From Anaerolineales bacterium (GTDB taxonomy: Bacteria > Chloroflexota > Anaerolineae > Anaerolineales > UBA11579): DNA of 64,000 nt. The stretch spans positions 5,437 to 69,436 of the forward strand of contig JAFGDK010000009.1 of the NCBI GenBank assembly GCA_016932165.1. The letters are read 5' to 3'. Under the pieces are notes generated by a model. The model was not told the origin of the DNA. It did not search any database and was given only the letters and a program-made list of their open reading frames with translations. The translations under genes were made by a program, and so were the position numbers. Shown here one piece after another: positions 1 through 9,198 of this stretch; position 1 is the first letter of the stretch; every line of letters starts with the position of its first letter.

Positions 1-223
1 GCTGATGTTCCATCTGAATCAGAATGGAGTGGCTGTGTCGATGGGGTCAGCCTGCACCTCACAGTCTATAGAGCCTTCCCATGTGCTGCTGGCGATGGGC
101 TTAACAGAGAAACAGATTGAGGGGACGCTTCGTATATCAATTGGTGAATTCACGACCCGCGAGGAAATCCACCAATTTGGTGAGATCCTATATAATGTAT
201 TGCCAGGATCATCTATGGCTTGA
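1..223 (+). CDS. cysteine desulfurase (NifS/IscS-like), C-terminal fragment; 5' end outside window
   Basis: The frame is open to the left edge. The tail ...MGSACTSQSIEPSHVLLAMGL...GTLRISIG... resembles the active-site Cys loop and C-terminus of class V PLP cysteine desulfurases. Confidence 0.7.
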   Translation, partial: LMFHLNQNGVAVSMGSACTSQSIEPSHVLLAMGLTEKQIEGTLRISIGEFTTREEIHQFGEILYNVLPGSSMA

Positions 224-242
224 TAAAACGTGATGAGGGAAG

Positions 243-1214
243 ATGGCAAGAAAACTAACCGAAGATCGCGATAACCTGCTGGCTGATGTTGCGGAGATGT
301 ATTTTGTTGAGGGGATGAATCAGTCGGAGATATCCAAGCAGATTGGTGTAACCCGCTCGATGGTCTCACGCATGCTGACTGAAGCCCGTAGTAAAGAAAT
401 CGTGAAGATCCAGATCGACCGACGTTTCGAGTTTGATCATAAAATTCAGGCAGAGATTACCAGGCGATTTGCATTGGAAGATGCTGTGATCTTTACTGGT
501 TATGTGGAAGACAGCTTTCGCTATCTCTCACGGCTTGGATCTGTTGCTGCGAATGTGATCCAACCGTATATAAAACCAGGAATCACACTGGGGACGGCAT
601 GGGGAACAGCGCTAGATGCAACGATCAACGCTCTTGAAGTTCAAAAAACACGAGATATTAAGGTGATTCAGTTGGTTGGAGCGCTGCGGGGAAGGAACCT
701 GGATATTGATGGACACGGTGTGGTCCAGCACCTGGTTACAAAAACCGGGGGAGTTGGCTATTTCCTTAATGTGCCTTACATTGTCGATAAGCCAGAAACT
801 ATCAAGTCCTTGATGCAGGTGCCAGGGGTTTCAAGCACAATGCAATTGATGAAGGAATGTGATGTGGGTCTGTTCGGGGTGGGGAGCGCGGATTTAGATT
901 ATTCCACCTTCTACAGTGGAGGATATTTGATCGCTGAAGAGATGCGCGGATTGATCCAGTTTGGGGCAGTTGGTAATGTGGCGGGCCTGTTCTTCAATCT
1001 TGATGGGAAACCGACAGGACGGGAATTCCAGGCAAGGTCTTTCACGATCTCACGGCGGGACTTGATGGAAATCCCGGTGAGATTTGGGATTGCAGGTGGG
1101 ATGGGCAAAGTAAAGGCAATATTGGGTGCCCTACGCGGGAAGTATATTAACATCCTGATCACAGATGCTTACACAGCCAAGGGCATCCTGGAGATGGATG
1201 CAGAAGAAACTTAA
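243..1214 (+). CDS. SorC/DeoR-type sugar-binding transcriptional regulator
   Basis: N-terminal HTH (MNQSEISKQIGVTRSMVSRMLTEAR) followed by a SorC-like sugar-binding domain. ATG start. Confidence 0.8.
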   Translation: MARKLTEDRDNLLADVAEMYFVEGMNQSEISKQIGVTRSMVSRMLTEARSKEIVKIQIDRRFEFDHKIQAEITRRFALEDAVIFTGYVEDSFRYLSRLGSVAANVIQPYIKPGITLGTAWGTALDATINALEVQKTRDIKVIQLVGALRGRNLDIDGHGVVQHLVTKTGGVGYFLNVPYIVDKPETIKSLMQVPGVSSTMQLMKECDVGLFGVGSADLDYSTFYSGGYLIAEEMRGLIQFGAVGNVAGLFFNLDGKPTGREFQARSFTISRRDLMEIPVRFGIAGGMGKVKAILGALRGKYINILITDAYTAKGILEMDAEET

Positions 1215-1235
1215 ATCAACAAGGAGAATTTATCA

Positions 1236-1865
1236 ATGACCCTAAAATCAGTTTATGATGCAGTTCTGGCGGGGGATGCAGATGGTGCAAAGGAAGAGGT
1301 TCAGGCAGCAATCAATGCCGGACTTTCACCAGAAAAAATCCTGAATGAAGGATTAATTTTAGCTATGTCTGAAGTGGGGCAACTTTTTGAAGCGGGCGAG
1401 TATTTCGTCCCTGAAATGTTGATCGCTGCACGGGCGATGCAAGCCGGGTTGGGTTTACTAAAGCCCCACCTTGCTGCTGAGGATGTGAAGTCTTCTGGCA
1501 AAGTGGTAATCGGTACTGTCAAAGGCGACCTGCACGATATTGGAAAAAACCTGGTGGGAATGATGCTGGAAGGGGCCGGTTTTGAGGTTGTTGATCTAGG
1601 CACAGATGTGGACCCGGCCAAATTCATCGAGGAGGCTAAGAACGGTGCACAGGTGATTGGCATCTCGGCTTTGCTGACCACTACAATGAACAACATGAAA
1701 CAAGTGATTGCAGCTGCTGAGGAGGCGGGAATCCGCGAGGATGTTAAAATCGTGATCGGCGGGGCACCCGTCACCGATGAGTATGCCCAGCAGATCGGGG
1801 CCGACGGCTTTGCTCCGGATGCTTCCTCTGCGGTCCGCCTGGTCCAGCGCCTGGTTGGCGCATAG
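1236..1865 (+). CDS. corrinoid (B12-binding) methyl-carrier protein
   Basis: B12-binding cap helix plus Rossmann domain with the DxHxxG motif (GDLHDIGKN). SD-like AAGGAG lies upstream. Confidence 0.85.
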   Translation: MTLKSVYDAVLAGDADGAKEEVQAAINAGLSPEKILNEGLILAMSEVGQLFEAGEYFVPEMLIAARAMQAGLGLLKPHLAAEDVKSSGKVVIGTVKGDLHDIGKNLVGMMLEGAGFEVVDLGTDVDPAKFIEEAKNGAQVIGISALLTTTMNNMKQVIAAAEEAGIREDVKIVIGGAPVTDEYAQQIGADGFAPDASSAVRLVQRLVGA

Positions 1866-1891
1866 CTGATCTCGATAACACGAGGTGCGAT

Positions 1892-2743
1892 TTGGAAACT
1901 AAAATCAGCTACAAAGATACAGAAGTCGTCATCAGCCCCGGTTCACCCTTCAAGATCATCGGTGAACGCATCAACCCCACCCGGCGCAAGAAACTCGCTG
2001 CCAGCATGGCTGAGGGTGATTTTAGTCTTGTCCAGCAGGATGCCATCATGCAGGTGGAGGCCGGCGCCCACATCCTGGATGTGAATGCCGGGATCCCCGG
2101 TGCAAATGAACCCGCCATCATGAAAGGCGCTTTGCAGGCTGTCCTGGAAGTGGTACAAGTCCCTTTGTGCTTCGACAGCGCAGACCCGGCAGCCTTGAAG
2201 GTTGCTCTGGAGAACTACGAAGGTAAGGCTTTGATCAATTCCACCACAGCCGAAGAGGTGATGATGGGAAAGATTCTGCCACTTGTCAAAGAATACGGCG
2301 CAGCAGTGATTGGTGTGATCACCGATGACAGCGGGATCCCCGCCACCCCGCAGGACCGGCTGGCCACCGCCCGCAAGCTGATCGAGCGGGCCGCTGACTA
2401 CGGCATCCCGGCGGAAGATGTGGTCATCGACGCCCTTGCACTTACTGTGGGCGCCGATCATAACGCCGCACGGGTTACTCTGGATTCGCTCAGGCTGATC
2501 CGCAAGGAACTGGGCGTCAACCTCAACCTGGGAGCCAGCAACGTTTCCTTCGGTCTGCCAGACCGGGCAGTGATCAATACCGCTTATCTCTCTTTGGCGA
2601 TCGCCAATGGGCTGACCACCGCCATCACCGACCCCACCAAAGAGGATATCCAGACCACCTTGCTAGCCTGTGATCTGCTGATGGGCCGCGATGAATATGC
2701 GATGAGGTGGATCAAGGCTTTCCGCAAGCGATCTGCTGAGTAA
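1892..2743 (+). CDS. methyltetrahydrofolate:corrinoid methyltransferase (pterin-binding, MtrH/DHPS-like barrel)
   Basis: Pterin-binding domain features (IGERINPT, NSTT, ...GASNVSFG). TTG start. Lies directly downstream of the corrinoid protein. Confidence 0.8.
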   Translation: METKISYKDTEVVISPGSPFKIIGERINPTRRKKLAASMAEGDFSLVQQDAIMQVEAGAHILDVNAGIPGANEPAIMKGALQAVLEVVQVPLCFDSADPAALKVALENYEGKALINSTTAEEVMMGKILPLVKEYGAAVIGVITDDSGIPATPQDRLATARKLIERAADYGIPAEDVVIDALALTVGADHNAARVTLDSLRLIRKELGVNLNLGASNVSFGLPDRAVINTAYLSLAIANGLTTAITDPTKEDIQTTLLACDLLMGRDEYAMRWIKAFRKRSAE

Positions 2744-3121
2744 TATTAATTTCCTAACACCACACCTGACAGACGATCCTACCCTGTATTCTATTCTGGG
2801 ATTGCAGGAAAATTGATGCACACTGCAGCTATAAACCTGGAAGAGGAAATCTAAAAAAGTTGCCGAGCTATGGTTAAAAGATTGGCATCATGAAAGCATC
2901 TGTTTGGAAGAAACTGGTCCTCTGGTGTGAGTTCATCGCGCGATCCAGATAATCTCCTTCCTCCCATTTGTGAGATTTTTGGAAATTATATGCCGACCAG
3001 GTGGATTAAAAGCGAATTCGATAGCTGGTTTTCCGCTCTGATTCGATCTAACCATTCATGATTCTGTTTACCAATTAGGTTCTGTCTTGGCTGATCAAAT
3101 CTGGGAATACAATCTCATTGA

Positions 3122-4462
3122 TTAATTGTAGTATTGGATTGATTTGGGATTTGGCTTCGATCCTTCCCAGTTTTCAACAAAATAACTTTCGCAGGCTGTA
3201 TCGATTAAGTCGATTGCCAGTACGGGTTCACGGTCTTCATATTCACATAAGGCTTTCAGTATTTTCAGCAGGTCGCCCGGATGGACTGCCTGAAAGTCTC
3301 GCCCCACATCATGGTAGTAGGTTTTAACCAGATAGTTGTAGATTTCCTCATCAAATTCAAGGTCAAACAGCTGGCAATTCAATTCAAAAATCTTGCGGTA
3401 ATTCTCCTCGGAGGGGGAATCGACCTTGACCTTGATTTGAATGCGGCGGAAAAAAGCGTCTTCAGCCAGATCGTAGGGATTCAGGTTGGTGGCAAAGACG
3501 ATCAACTGCCGGAAAGGGACGACTACCGTTTGCCCGGTTTTAAGCCGAAGGTAATCGACTTGATCGTCAAGGGGAACGATCCATCGATTAAGCATATCCA
3601 AAGGACGCGCCTGCTGGCGGCCAAAATCATCAATCAAGAACATGCCCCCATTGGCTTTGATGTGTAACGGGGCTTCGTAAATCTTGGATATCGGATCAAA
3701 CCGCAGGTCAAGCTCAGACAATTTTAGTTCGCCCCCCACCACGACAGATGGCCGCCGGAAGAGACCAAATCGGGGATCGACTTCACCGTAGATCTTTGTG
3801 TGCTGTTTGGTGACTTCAATCTGTTGGTGCACCAACCGGTCATGGATTTGAATGATCTGCCCGCCCGCGGTGATTGCATACGGCAGCCAGATCGGTTCAA
3901 TATCTGAGATCAACTCGGCCATTTTTTTGGCGATGGTTGTTTTTCCGTTGCCGGAAGGGCCATAAATGAACAATGAGGCTGCAGTATTCACCGCCGGACC
4001 AATTTTGCGGTGAAAGTCCTCTGGGAGTACCATGTCTTGTAAGGATTCAATCACTTTATCGGGCTGTACGCCCCGGTTGTTAATCGATTGTAAATCGATA
4101 ATCTCATTGTAAAGTTGAACGGGTACAGGGGCAGGTCCGATATACAGGCTGCGCTCCATCGCCGCCCGAGCGCGCCTCTCCCCATTCTCTGTAAGGCTGT
4201 AAAGGTAACCAAGGATCCCCATTCCGGAATTTCCGGATTGGACCCTGATGACCTTGTCATCGGTCAGCTGTTTTATCAGTTCTTCAATTGCCATTGGCAC
4301 TTTGATAACGTCGATAATCCGGCGAACAGTCAACAGTCCCTCGGAGTAGAACAAACGCAGCATGATGTCGATCAGCAGGTTCTGCGGGATACCCAATGCG
4401 CTGAGATTTGGGGGTTTTTCCAAGAGCGTTTTGAGTCTTTCAAGCTGGGGTGATGAGATCAT
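3122..4462 (-). CDS. AAA-type ATPase with N-terminal helical/winged-helix-like region; function unknown
   Basis: Walker A (GPSGNGKTT) and Walker B-like (MFLIDDFGR) motifs. I prefer the ATG at 4462, preceded by AGGAAATAAA, over the TTG at 4510 used by the ORF track. Confidence 0.6.
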   Translation of the reverse strand: MISSPQLERLKTLLEKPPNLSALGIPQNLLIDIMLRLFYSEGLLTVRRIIDVIKVPMAIEELIKQLTDDKVIRVQSGNSGMGILGYLYSLTENGERRARAAMERSLYIGPAPVPVQLYNEIIDLQSINNRGVQPDKVIESLQDMVLPEDFHRKIGPAVNTAASLFIYGPSGNGKTTIAKKMAELISDIEPIWLPYAITAGGQIIQIHDRLVHQQIEVTKQHTKIYGEVDPRFGLFRRPSVVVGGELKLSELDLRFDPISKIYEAPLHIKANGGMFLIDDFGRQQARPLDMLNRWIVPLDDQVDYLRLKTGQTVVVPFRQLIVFATNLNPYDLAEDAFFRRIQIKVKVDSPSEENYRKIFELNCQLFDLEFDEEIYNYLVKTYYHDVGRDFQAVHPGDLLKILKALCEYEDREPVLAIDLIDTACESYFVENWEGSKPNPKSIQYYN

Positions 4463-4974
4463 TTTATTTCCTGTCCCTTGTTTATTTTTTTGGATCATGT
4501 CCCAGATCAAATCTGGCTTGGGAGTATGGCTGCTATGTACTTATGCTTCTCTAAAATGCGACTGGGACTGGTAAACATTCCGCTTGGACATTTTATCATA
4601 TCAATGTCGTCAAACGTTATCATAGTGTTGCAGTTGTCTTCTAGTAGTGTGTTATCCCTTACGCTTTTAGATAGGAGGAAATTAGTTCTAACCAAAGTCG
4701 CCACAGGGTTTGAGGAAGGTGAAATTTCCGATCAGGTAGCAAGATGGTTATAAAGTTCAATTCAACCAAAGGATGTTTTGCGCACAAATCGAAAAATCAA
4801 AGATACTGCCTTTGTACAGGTGAGCTGGGGCCGTTTTGAGCTTTGAACGCGAGTTAAGTGACATATGGTGGCAGCTCAACTCCACCTTAATGCAAAACAC
4901 TGGCTGCGGAGAGGAGTGTAATCGGCTTGTATGAAGGCAAACGCCCACCTTTGGTTGTGTTCTGTGTCCGCTGG

Positions 4975-6291
4975 TCAGGTTTCCCTAATCCGGTAGCGCA
5001 GCATTGTTTTGGATGGCCGGCTGGAGCCCAATCCGCGCTGCACCTTTAACTCACCTGAAATGATCTCAAGCTCATACCGCTCAAAGAGCAGGGCAGCGAT
5101 GATCGCCATCTCCATGTTGGCGAAGTTCATGCCGGCGCATTTATGCAGCCCGCCACCAAACGAAAGGATGGCATGCTTCTCTTTGCGATCTTCTTTTCGC
5201 TCAGGTGAAAAACGAAGCGGGTCGTACTCCTGGGGATTGTCGAAGAGGTCTTCCCGGAAATGGTCTACGGCAGTGGCGGTTTGCACCATCCATCCTGCGG
5301 GTACGGTGATCTCACCGATAACCAAGTCTTCTTCCACCGTGCGCATGATGGTCTCGGCAGAAGGATACATGCGGGAGGTCTCATCCACCGCCATGCTGAC
5401 ATATTTCAAGTCGCGCAGGGTGTTGTGATCGATGGCGTCAGCCGCGGTGATCAACTCGTCAATTTCGGCGCGCACAATTTTCAGATAGTCGGGGTTCTGA
5501 ACCAGCTGGATGATTGTCCAGGCGGCCTGGCCGGCAGTGGTTTCATGCCCGGCAAACAGCAGCGCCATCAGCAGCTGGACAATTGTCTCTTCGGAGGGTA
5601 AGCTACCGTCTTTCATTTTAGCCTCCACCAACAGCTGGAAGGGGTCATCTTTAGGATTGGCGCGGCGTTCCCAGACAAGGGGATGGAGTACGTTGCTCAG
5701 GTAAGCTTTGGCTTTGTCGCGGCGGATGAATTTTGGCAGCGGCCAGGTGGGCGGCAAGACTGGGTCCAGGGCTTTGCTCAGGTCGTTATAGGCCAGCCAG
5801 AAGCGGTTACCCAAATTCTCATATATCTCATCCCCCAAGAAGCATCGCCCGGCAACTTCTTGTACCAGTTCGATCATTTCCCCGGCAATCTCCATCTCTC
5901 CTTCTTCGCCCAGGTTATCCAGCCATCTAGAGACGACCTCCACGATCACATCCAGATAGACGGCCATCTGGCTGCGGCTGAAAAGGGCGTGCAGGATGGG
6001 GCGGTGGTTCTGGTAAGTTTGGTGGTCTGCCAGGAAGGCAACCTTACCGAATATGGCGGCTAAGAATTCGTAGGCTTCTTCCATATTCAGAGTGCGGTCT
6101 GTTTCTGTGAAGAAAGCATTTTTAGCTTCTGGTCCGGTCAGCACAGCCACTTTCTGGCCCATCAGGTTAAGGCCAAAGATTGCCCCATATTCTTTAGCGC
6201 CTTTTTGCAGCAACTGGTCTTGTTTGGTCACGAAATCAATCAGGTGCCCCAGGACGGGTAAACCTCCAGATACCATTTGAGGTGATTTCAT
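4975..6291 (-). CDS. cytochrome P450, CYP51-related
   Basis: Heme-thiolate loop FGGGLHKCAG, helix I FAGHETTAG and an ExxR region. From my recollection of mycobacterial CYP51, it is collinear with that protein. I prefer the ATG at 6291 with GGGAGA upstream; the track uses the TTG at 6330. Confidence 0.85.
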   Translation of the reverse strand: MKSPQMVSGGLPVLGHLIDFVTKQDQLLQKGAKEYGAIFGLNLMGQKVAVLTGPEAKNAFFTETDRTLNMEEAYEFLAAIFGKVAFLADHQTYQNHRPILHALFSRSQMAVYLDVIVEVVSRWLDNLGEEGEMEIAGEMIELVQEVAGRCFLGDEIYENLGNRFWLAYNDLSKALDPVLPPTWPLPKFIRRDKAKAYLSNVLHPLVWERRANPKDDPFQLLVEAKMKDGSLPSEETIVQLLMALLFAGHETTAGQAAWTIIQLVQNPDYLKIVRAEIDELITAADAIDHNTLRDLKYVSMAVDETSRMYPSAETIMRTVEEDLVIGEITVPAGWMVQTATAVDHFREDLFDNPQEYDPLRFSPERKEDRKEKHAILSFGGGLHKCAGMNFANMEMAIIAALLFERYELEIISGELKVQRGLGSSRPSKTMLRYRIRET

Positions 6292-6621
6292 GTTCTGAAT
6301 TCTCCCACATTCATTTATCGGTTTCTTCAATTATATTATACAGCGAATTGGCAGGCTGAGAGGAGCGCATAAGCCTGGATGTCGAGAGCAGATTCCCGGT
6401 GAATCAATGACCAATCCATTTCAATTGATCTTGGTTGGTTTTCTAACTTTTACATAAAGGCCTAAATTGGCTCTGGTTTGTTTGGTGTTGATTCCCCGGT
6501 TTTTTCAGAGCAGCAAGAGTAAAATCAACACCAACACAACATTATAGTATACAAGTGTCAACTTAAGTGGTATGATATTAACAGCAACTACAAATCTCTT
6601 AGTTTATTGAAGGGAGATGAT

Positions 6622-7062
6622 ATGTATAAAAAAATTCTGGTGCCCTTAGATGGTTCCAAGCGGGCAGAAACAATCTTGCAGCACGTAGAGGAGTTGGCAT
6701 TAAAGTATCAGGCGGAAGTCTTCCTGCTGCAGGTCGTCGAGCCGCAAATTGTGTATGCTTCCCCACATGGATTTCCAATCGTCAATATTGAAGAACTTTC
6801 CTATGAGGCTCAGGAGAAGGAAGCGGTTGCTTATCTTTCCGGGCTGGAGGCAAAGCTCAGAAAGAAGAATATTGAAGCAAAATCGGTGATCGAATACGGG
6901 CAGGTTGCCCATTCGATCATCAAGGTTGCGCGACGAGAGGAGATTGACCTGATTGCCATGGCAAGCCATGGGCGGACTGGCCTGTCGCATGTTTTTTATG
7001 GCAGTGTGGCCGCAAGTGTGCTTCATTTGATCGACCGTCCTTTGCTGCTGGTTCGCGCTTAG
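6622..7062 (+). CDS. universal stress protein (UspA family)
   Basis: KILVPLDGS...ASHGRTGLSHVFYGSVA motifs. The ATG at 6622 is preceded by GGGAG; the track starts at the TTG at 6607. Confidence 0.85.
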   Translation: MYKKILVPLDGSKRAETILQHVEELALKYQAEVFLLQVVEPQIVYASPHGFPIVNIEELSYEAQEKEAVAYLSGLEAKLRKKNIEAKSVIEYGQVAHSIIKVARREEIDLIAMASHGRTGLSHVFYGSVAASVLHLIDRPLLLVRA

Positions 7063-7075
7063 GGTAGATAATATT

Positions 7076-8038
7076 ATGATGCAATATGTGTTTGGTCCGG
7101 TCCCGTCGCGTCGGCTAGGACAATCTCTTGGGATTGATACGATTCCTTTAAAAACATGCAATTGGAATTGTGTTTACTGTCAATTGGGGCGCACAAAGCC
7201 ACTTTGTAATCAGCGGAAAGATTACATCCCAATCCATGAGATCCTTGCCCAGATTAAAACTGCGCTAAAACGGCATACCGCCGGGGAGATTGATTGGATT
7301 ACCTTTGTGGGGTCTGGTGAGCCAACCTTACATGCTGGGATCGGTTATCTGATCAAAGAGGTTCGATCACTGACGAACATTCCAGTTGCGGTGATTACGA
7401 ATGGGTCGCTGTTGTTCCTCAAGTCTGTGAGAGATGCGCTGCGCCAGGCAGATGCTGTCCTGCCTGGTCTGGATGCGGGAACGCCTGAGCTGTATAAAAA
7501 GCTCAATCGTCCCCATCCAGATATCACCTTTGACCGGTATATTGGCGGGTTGGTTGAGTTCAGGCAAGAGTATCGCGGAAAACTTTGGGTGGAAGTCATG
7601 TTGGTGAAAGATCTCAATGATACTGCTAAAGCTCTGGAGAGGATTGCCTGCCAGATTGAAAAGATCCGCCCTGATAAAATCCATATTGGGTTGCCCACCC
7701 GGCCTCCTGCTGAGAAGTGGGTTTTCCCGCCAACAGAGGAGGGTGTGTTGCGGGCGATTGAGATTTTAGGGAACGTGGCAGAAGTTGCATCACCGTTGGA
7801 GGGAAAGTTTGATATCCGAGAGGCTGACAACATCGTGGACGCAATCCTCGCGATTATCATACGGCATCCGATGAGTGAGGAACAATTATTGGAATCCCTC
7901 GCAGATTTTCCTGAAGAAAAACAGGCTGAAATCCTGGAAAACTTGCAAGCCTCGCCCCATGCACAGGTGATTCAACGATATGGCCGGCGGTTTTGGTGCG
8001 GGGACCTTGCGTTTTTCCCGGATTCAAAAAATCACTAA
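7076..8038 (+). CDS. radical SAM protein, unknown substrate
   Basis: CX3CX2C cluster motif (CNWNCVYC) after the conserved GPVPSRRLG..SLGI N-terminus. Lies 13 nt after usp. Confidence 0.85.
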   Translation: MMQYVFGPVPSRRLGQSLGIDTIPLKTCNWNCVYCQLGRTKPLCNQRKDYIPIHEILAQIKTALKRHTAGEIDWITFVGSGEPTLHAGIGYLIKEVRSLTNIPVAVITNGSLLFLKSVRDALRQADAVLPGLDAGTPELYKKLNRPHPDITFDRYIGGLVEFRQEYRGKLWVEVMLVKDLNDTAKALERIACQIEKIRPDKIHIGLPTRPPAEKWVFPPTEEGVLRAIEILGNVAEVASPLEGKFDIREADNIVDAILAIIIRHPMSEEQLLESLADFPEEKQAEILENLQASPHAQVIQRYGRRFWCGDLAFFPDSKNH

Positions 8039-8062
8039 AATTTTATCCCTGGTTTTGAGGAA

Positions 8063-8995
8063 ATGAACATGGAAAAGGATCGTTTGAATCTAGTTGGCAA
8101 AAGAATTGGAATCTTTGGAAAGGGAGGGTCTGGAAAAAGCACGCTGACAGCGTTACTGGCAATGGGGTTGAACCAGCGCGGTTACCATGTATGTGTGCTT
8201 GATGCCGACTCAACTAATGTGGGGCTGCATCAGGCCTTTGGGTTTGACCAATCCCCAACGCCTTTGCTAGATCACTTTGGCGGGGTGGTGTTTAGCGGAG
8301 GTTTGGTGACCTGCCCGGTTGATGACCCCGCGCCCATAGATCATGCGAGCGTGAACATTGACCGCTTGCCTTCAAAATACTACCAGAAAACAGACCACGG
8401 TTTAATTTTTCTCGCCGCGGGAAAGATAGGCGATCAGGGCCCAGGTGCGGGTTGTGATGGGCCGATTGCGAAAATTGCCCGAGACCTTGTCGTCTATTCA
8501 GATCGAGAAGAGTTTGTGAATATAATTGACTTCAAAGCTGGTTTTGAAGATTCTGCGCGGGGGGTGTTGACCAGCCTGGATTGGGTGATCGTAGTGGTTG
8601 ATCCAACAACGGCTGCCGTTGAAATGGCCGTCAATATGAAGGAGATGGTTGAACAAATCAAATCAGATGTGCTGCCAGCCACAGCACATCTGGAAACAGA
8701 GGAGATGGTTTTTTTGGCGAATAAGATATTTACCGAGGCCGCGGTGAGTGAAGTTTTTTGCGTGCTGAATAAGATTCCGAACACAGAAGTTGAAGATTAT
8801 TTGCGAAAAAAGCTTGCACATTACAGAATTGAACCACTAGGCTCGCTCCATCTAGATGAAGCGATCTCGTTGTCCTGGCTAAAGGGCAGGCCGCTTTTTA
8901 GTCCAGAGGCAAATGAGGAAATTAAGAACTTGATCAATAAATTAGAGCAATTTGAGATTGAGAGTGATGTGATAAGAAATTTGAACTCAGAATAA
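8063..8995 (+). CDS. CooC/MinD-superfamily P-loop NTPase (CooC-like metallochaperone candidate)
   Basis: Deviant Walker A GKGGSGKST. The loop GAGCDGPIAK sits where CooC has its CxC metal motif, but only one Cys is present here. A second ATG at 8069 is an alternative start. Confidence 0.6.
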   Translation: MNMEKDRLNLVGKRIGIFGKGGSGKSTLTALLAMGLNQRGYHVCVLDADSTNVGLHQAFGFDQSPTPLLDHFGGVVFSGGLVTCPVDDPAPIDHASVNIDRLPSKYYQKTDHGLIFLAAGKIGDQGPGAGCDGPIAKIARDLVVYSDREEFVNIIDFKAGFEDSARGVLTSLDWVIVVVDPTTAAVEMAVNMKEMVEQIKSDVLPATAHLETEEMVFLANKIFTEAAVSEVFCVLNKIPNTEVEDYLRKKLAHYRIEPLGSLHLDEAISLSWLKGRPLFSPEANEEIKNLINKLEQFEIESDVIRNLNSE

Positions 8996-9198
8996 ACACA
9001 GTTGTGAAAGATCCCACCAGGTAGCTGTTAGATTGCTGGTAGATATTTTATTAACCGAGGATTGTTAGCTAAAAATTCTGTGGGATTTTTGAGGTTTCAA
9101 TTCATATACAATTAAGAGATAATTTGGAGTAACAAAGTGACAGGTCTGAAAACCCGCTTGATTGCTATTCTAACCAATGTTTCTCAAGGAATAGGGAT

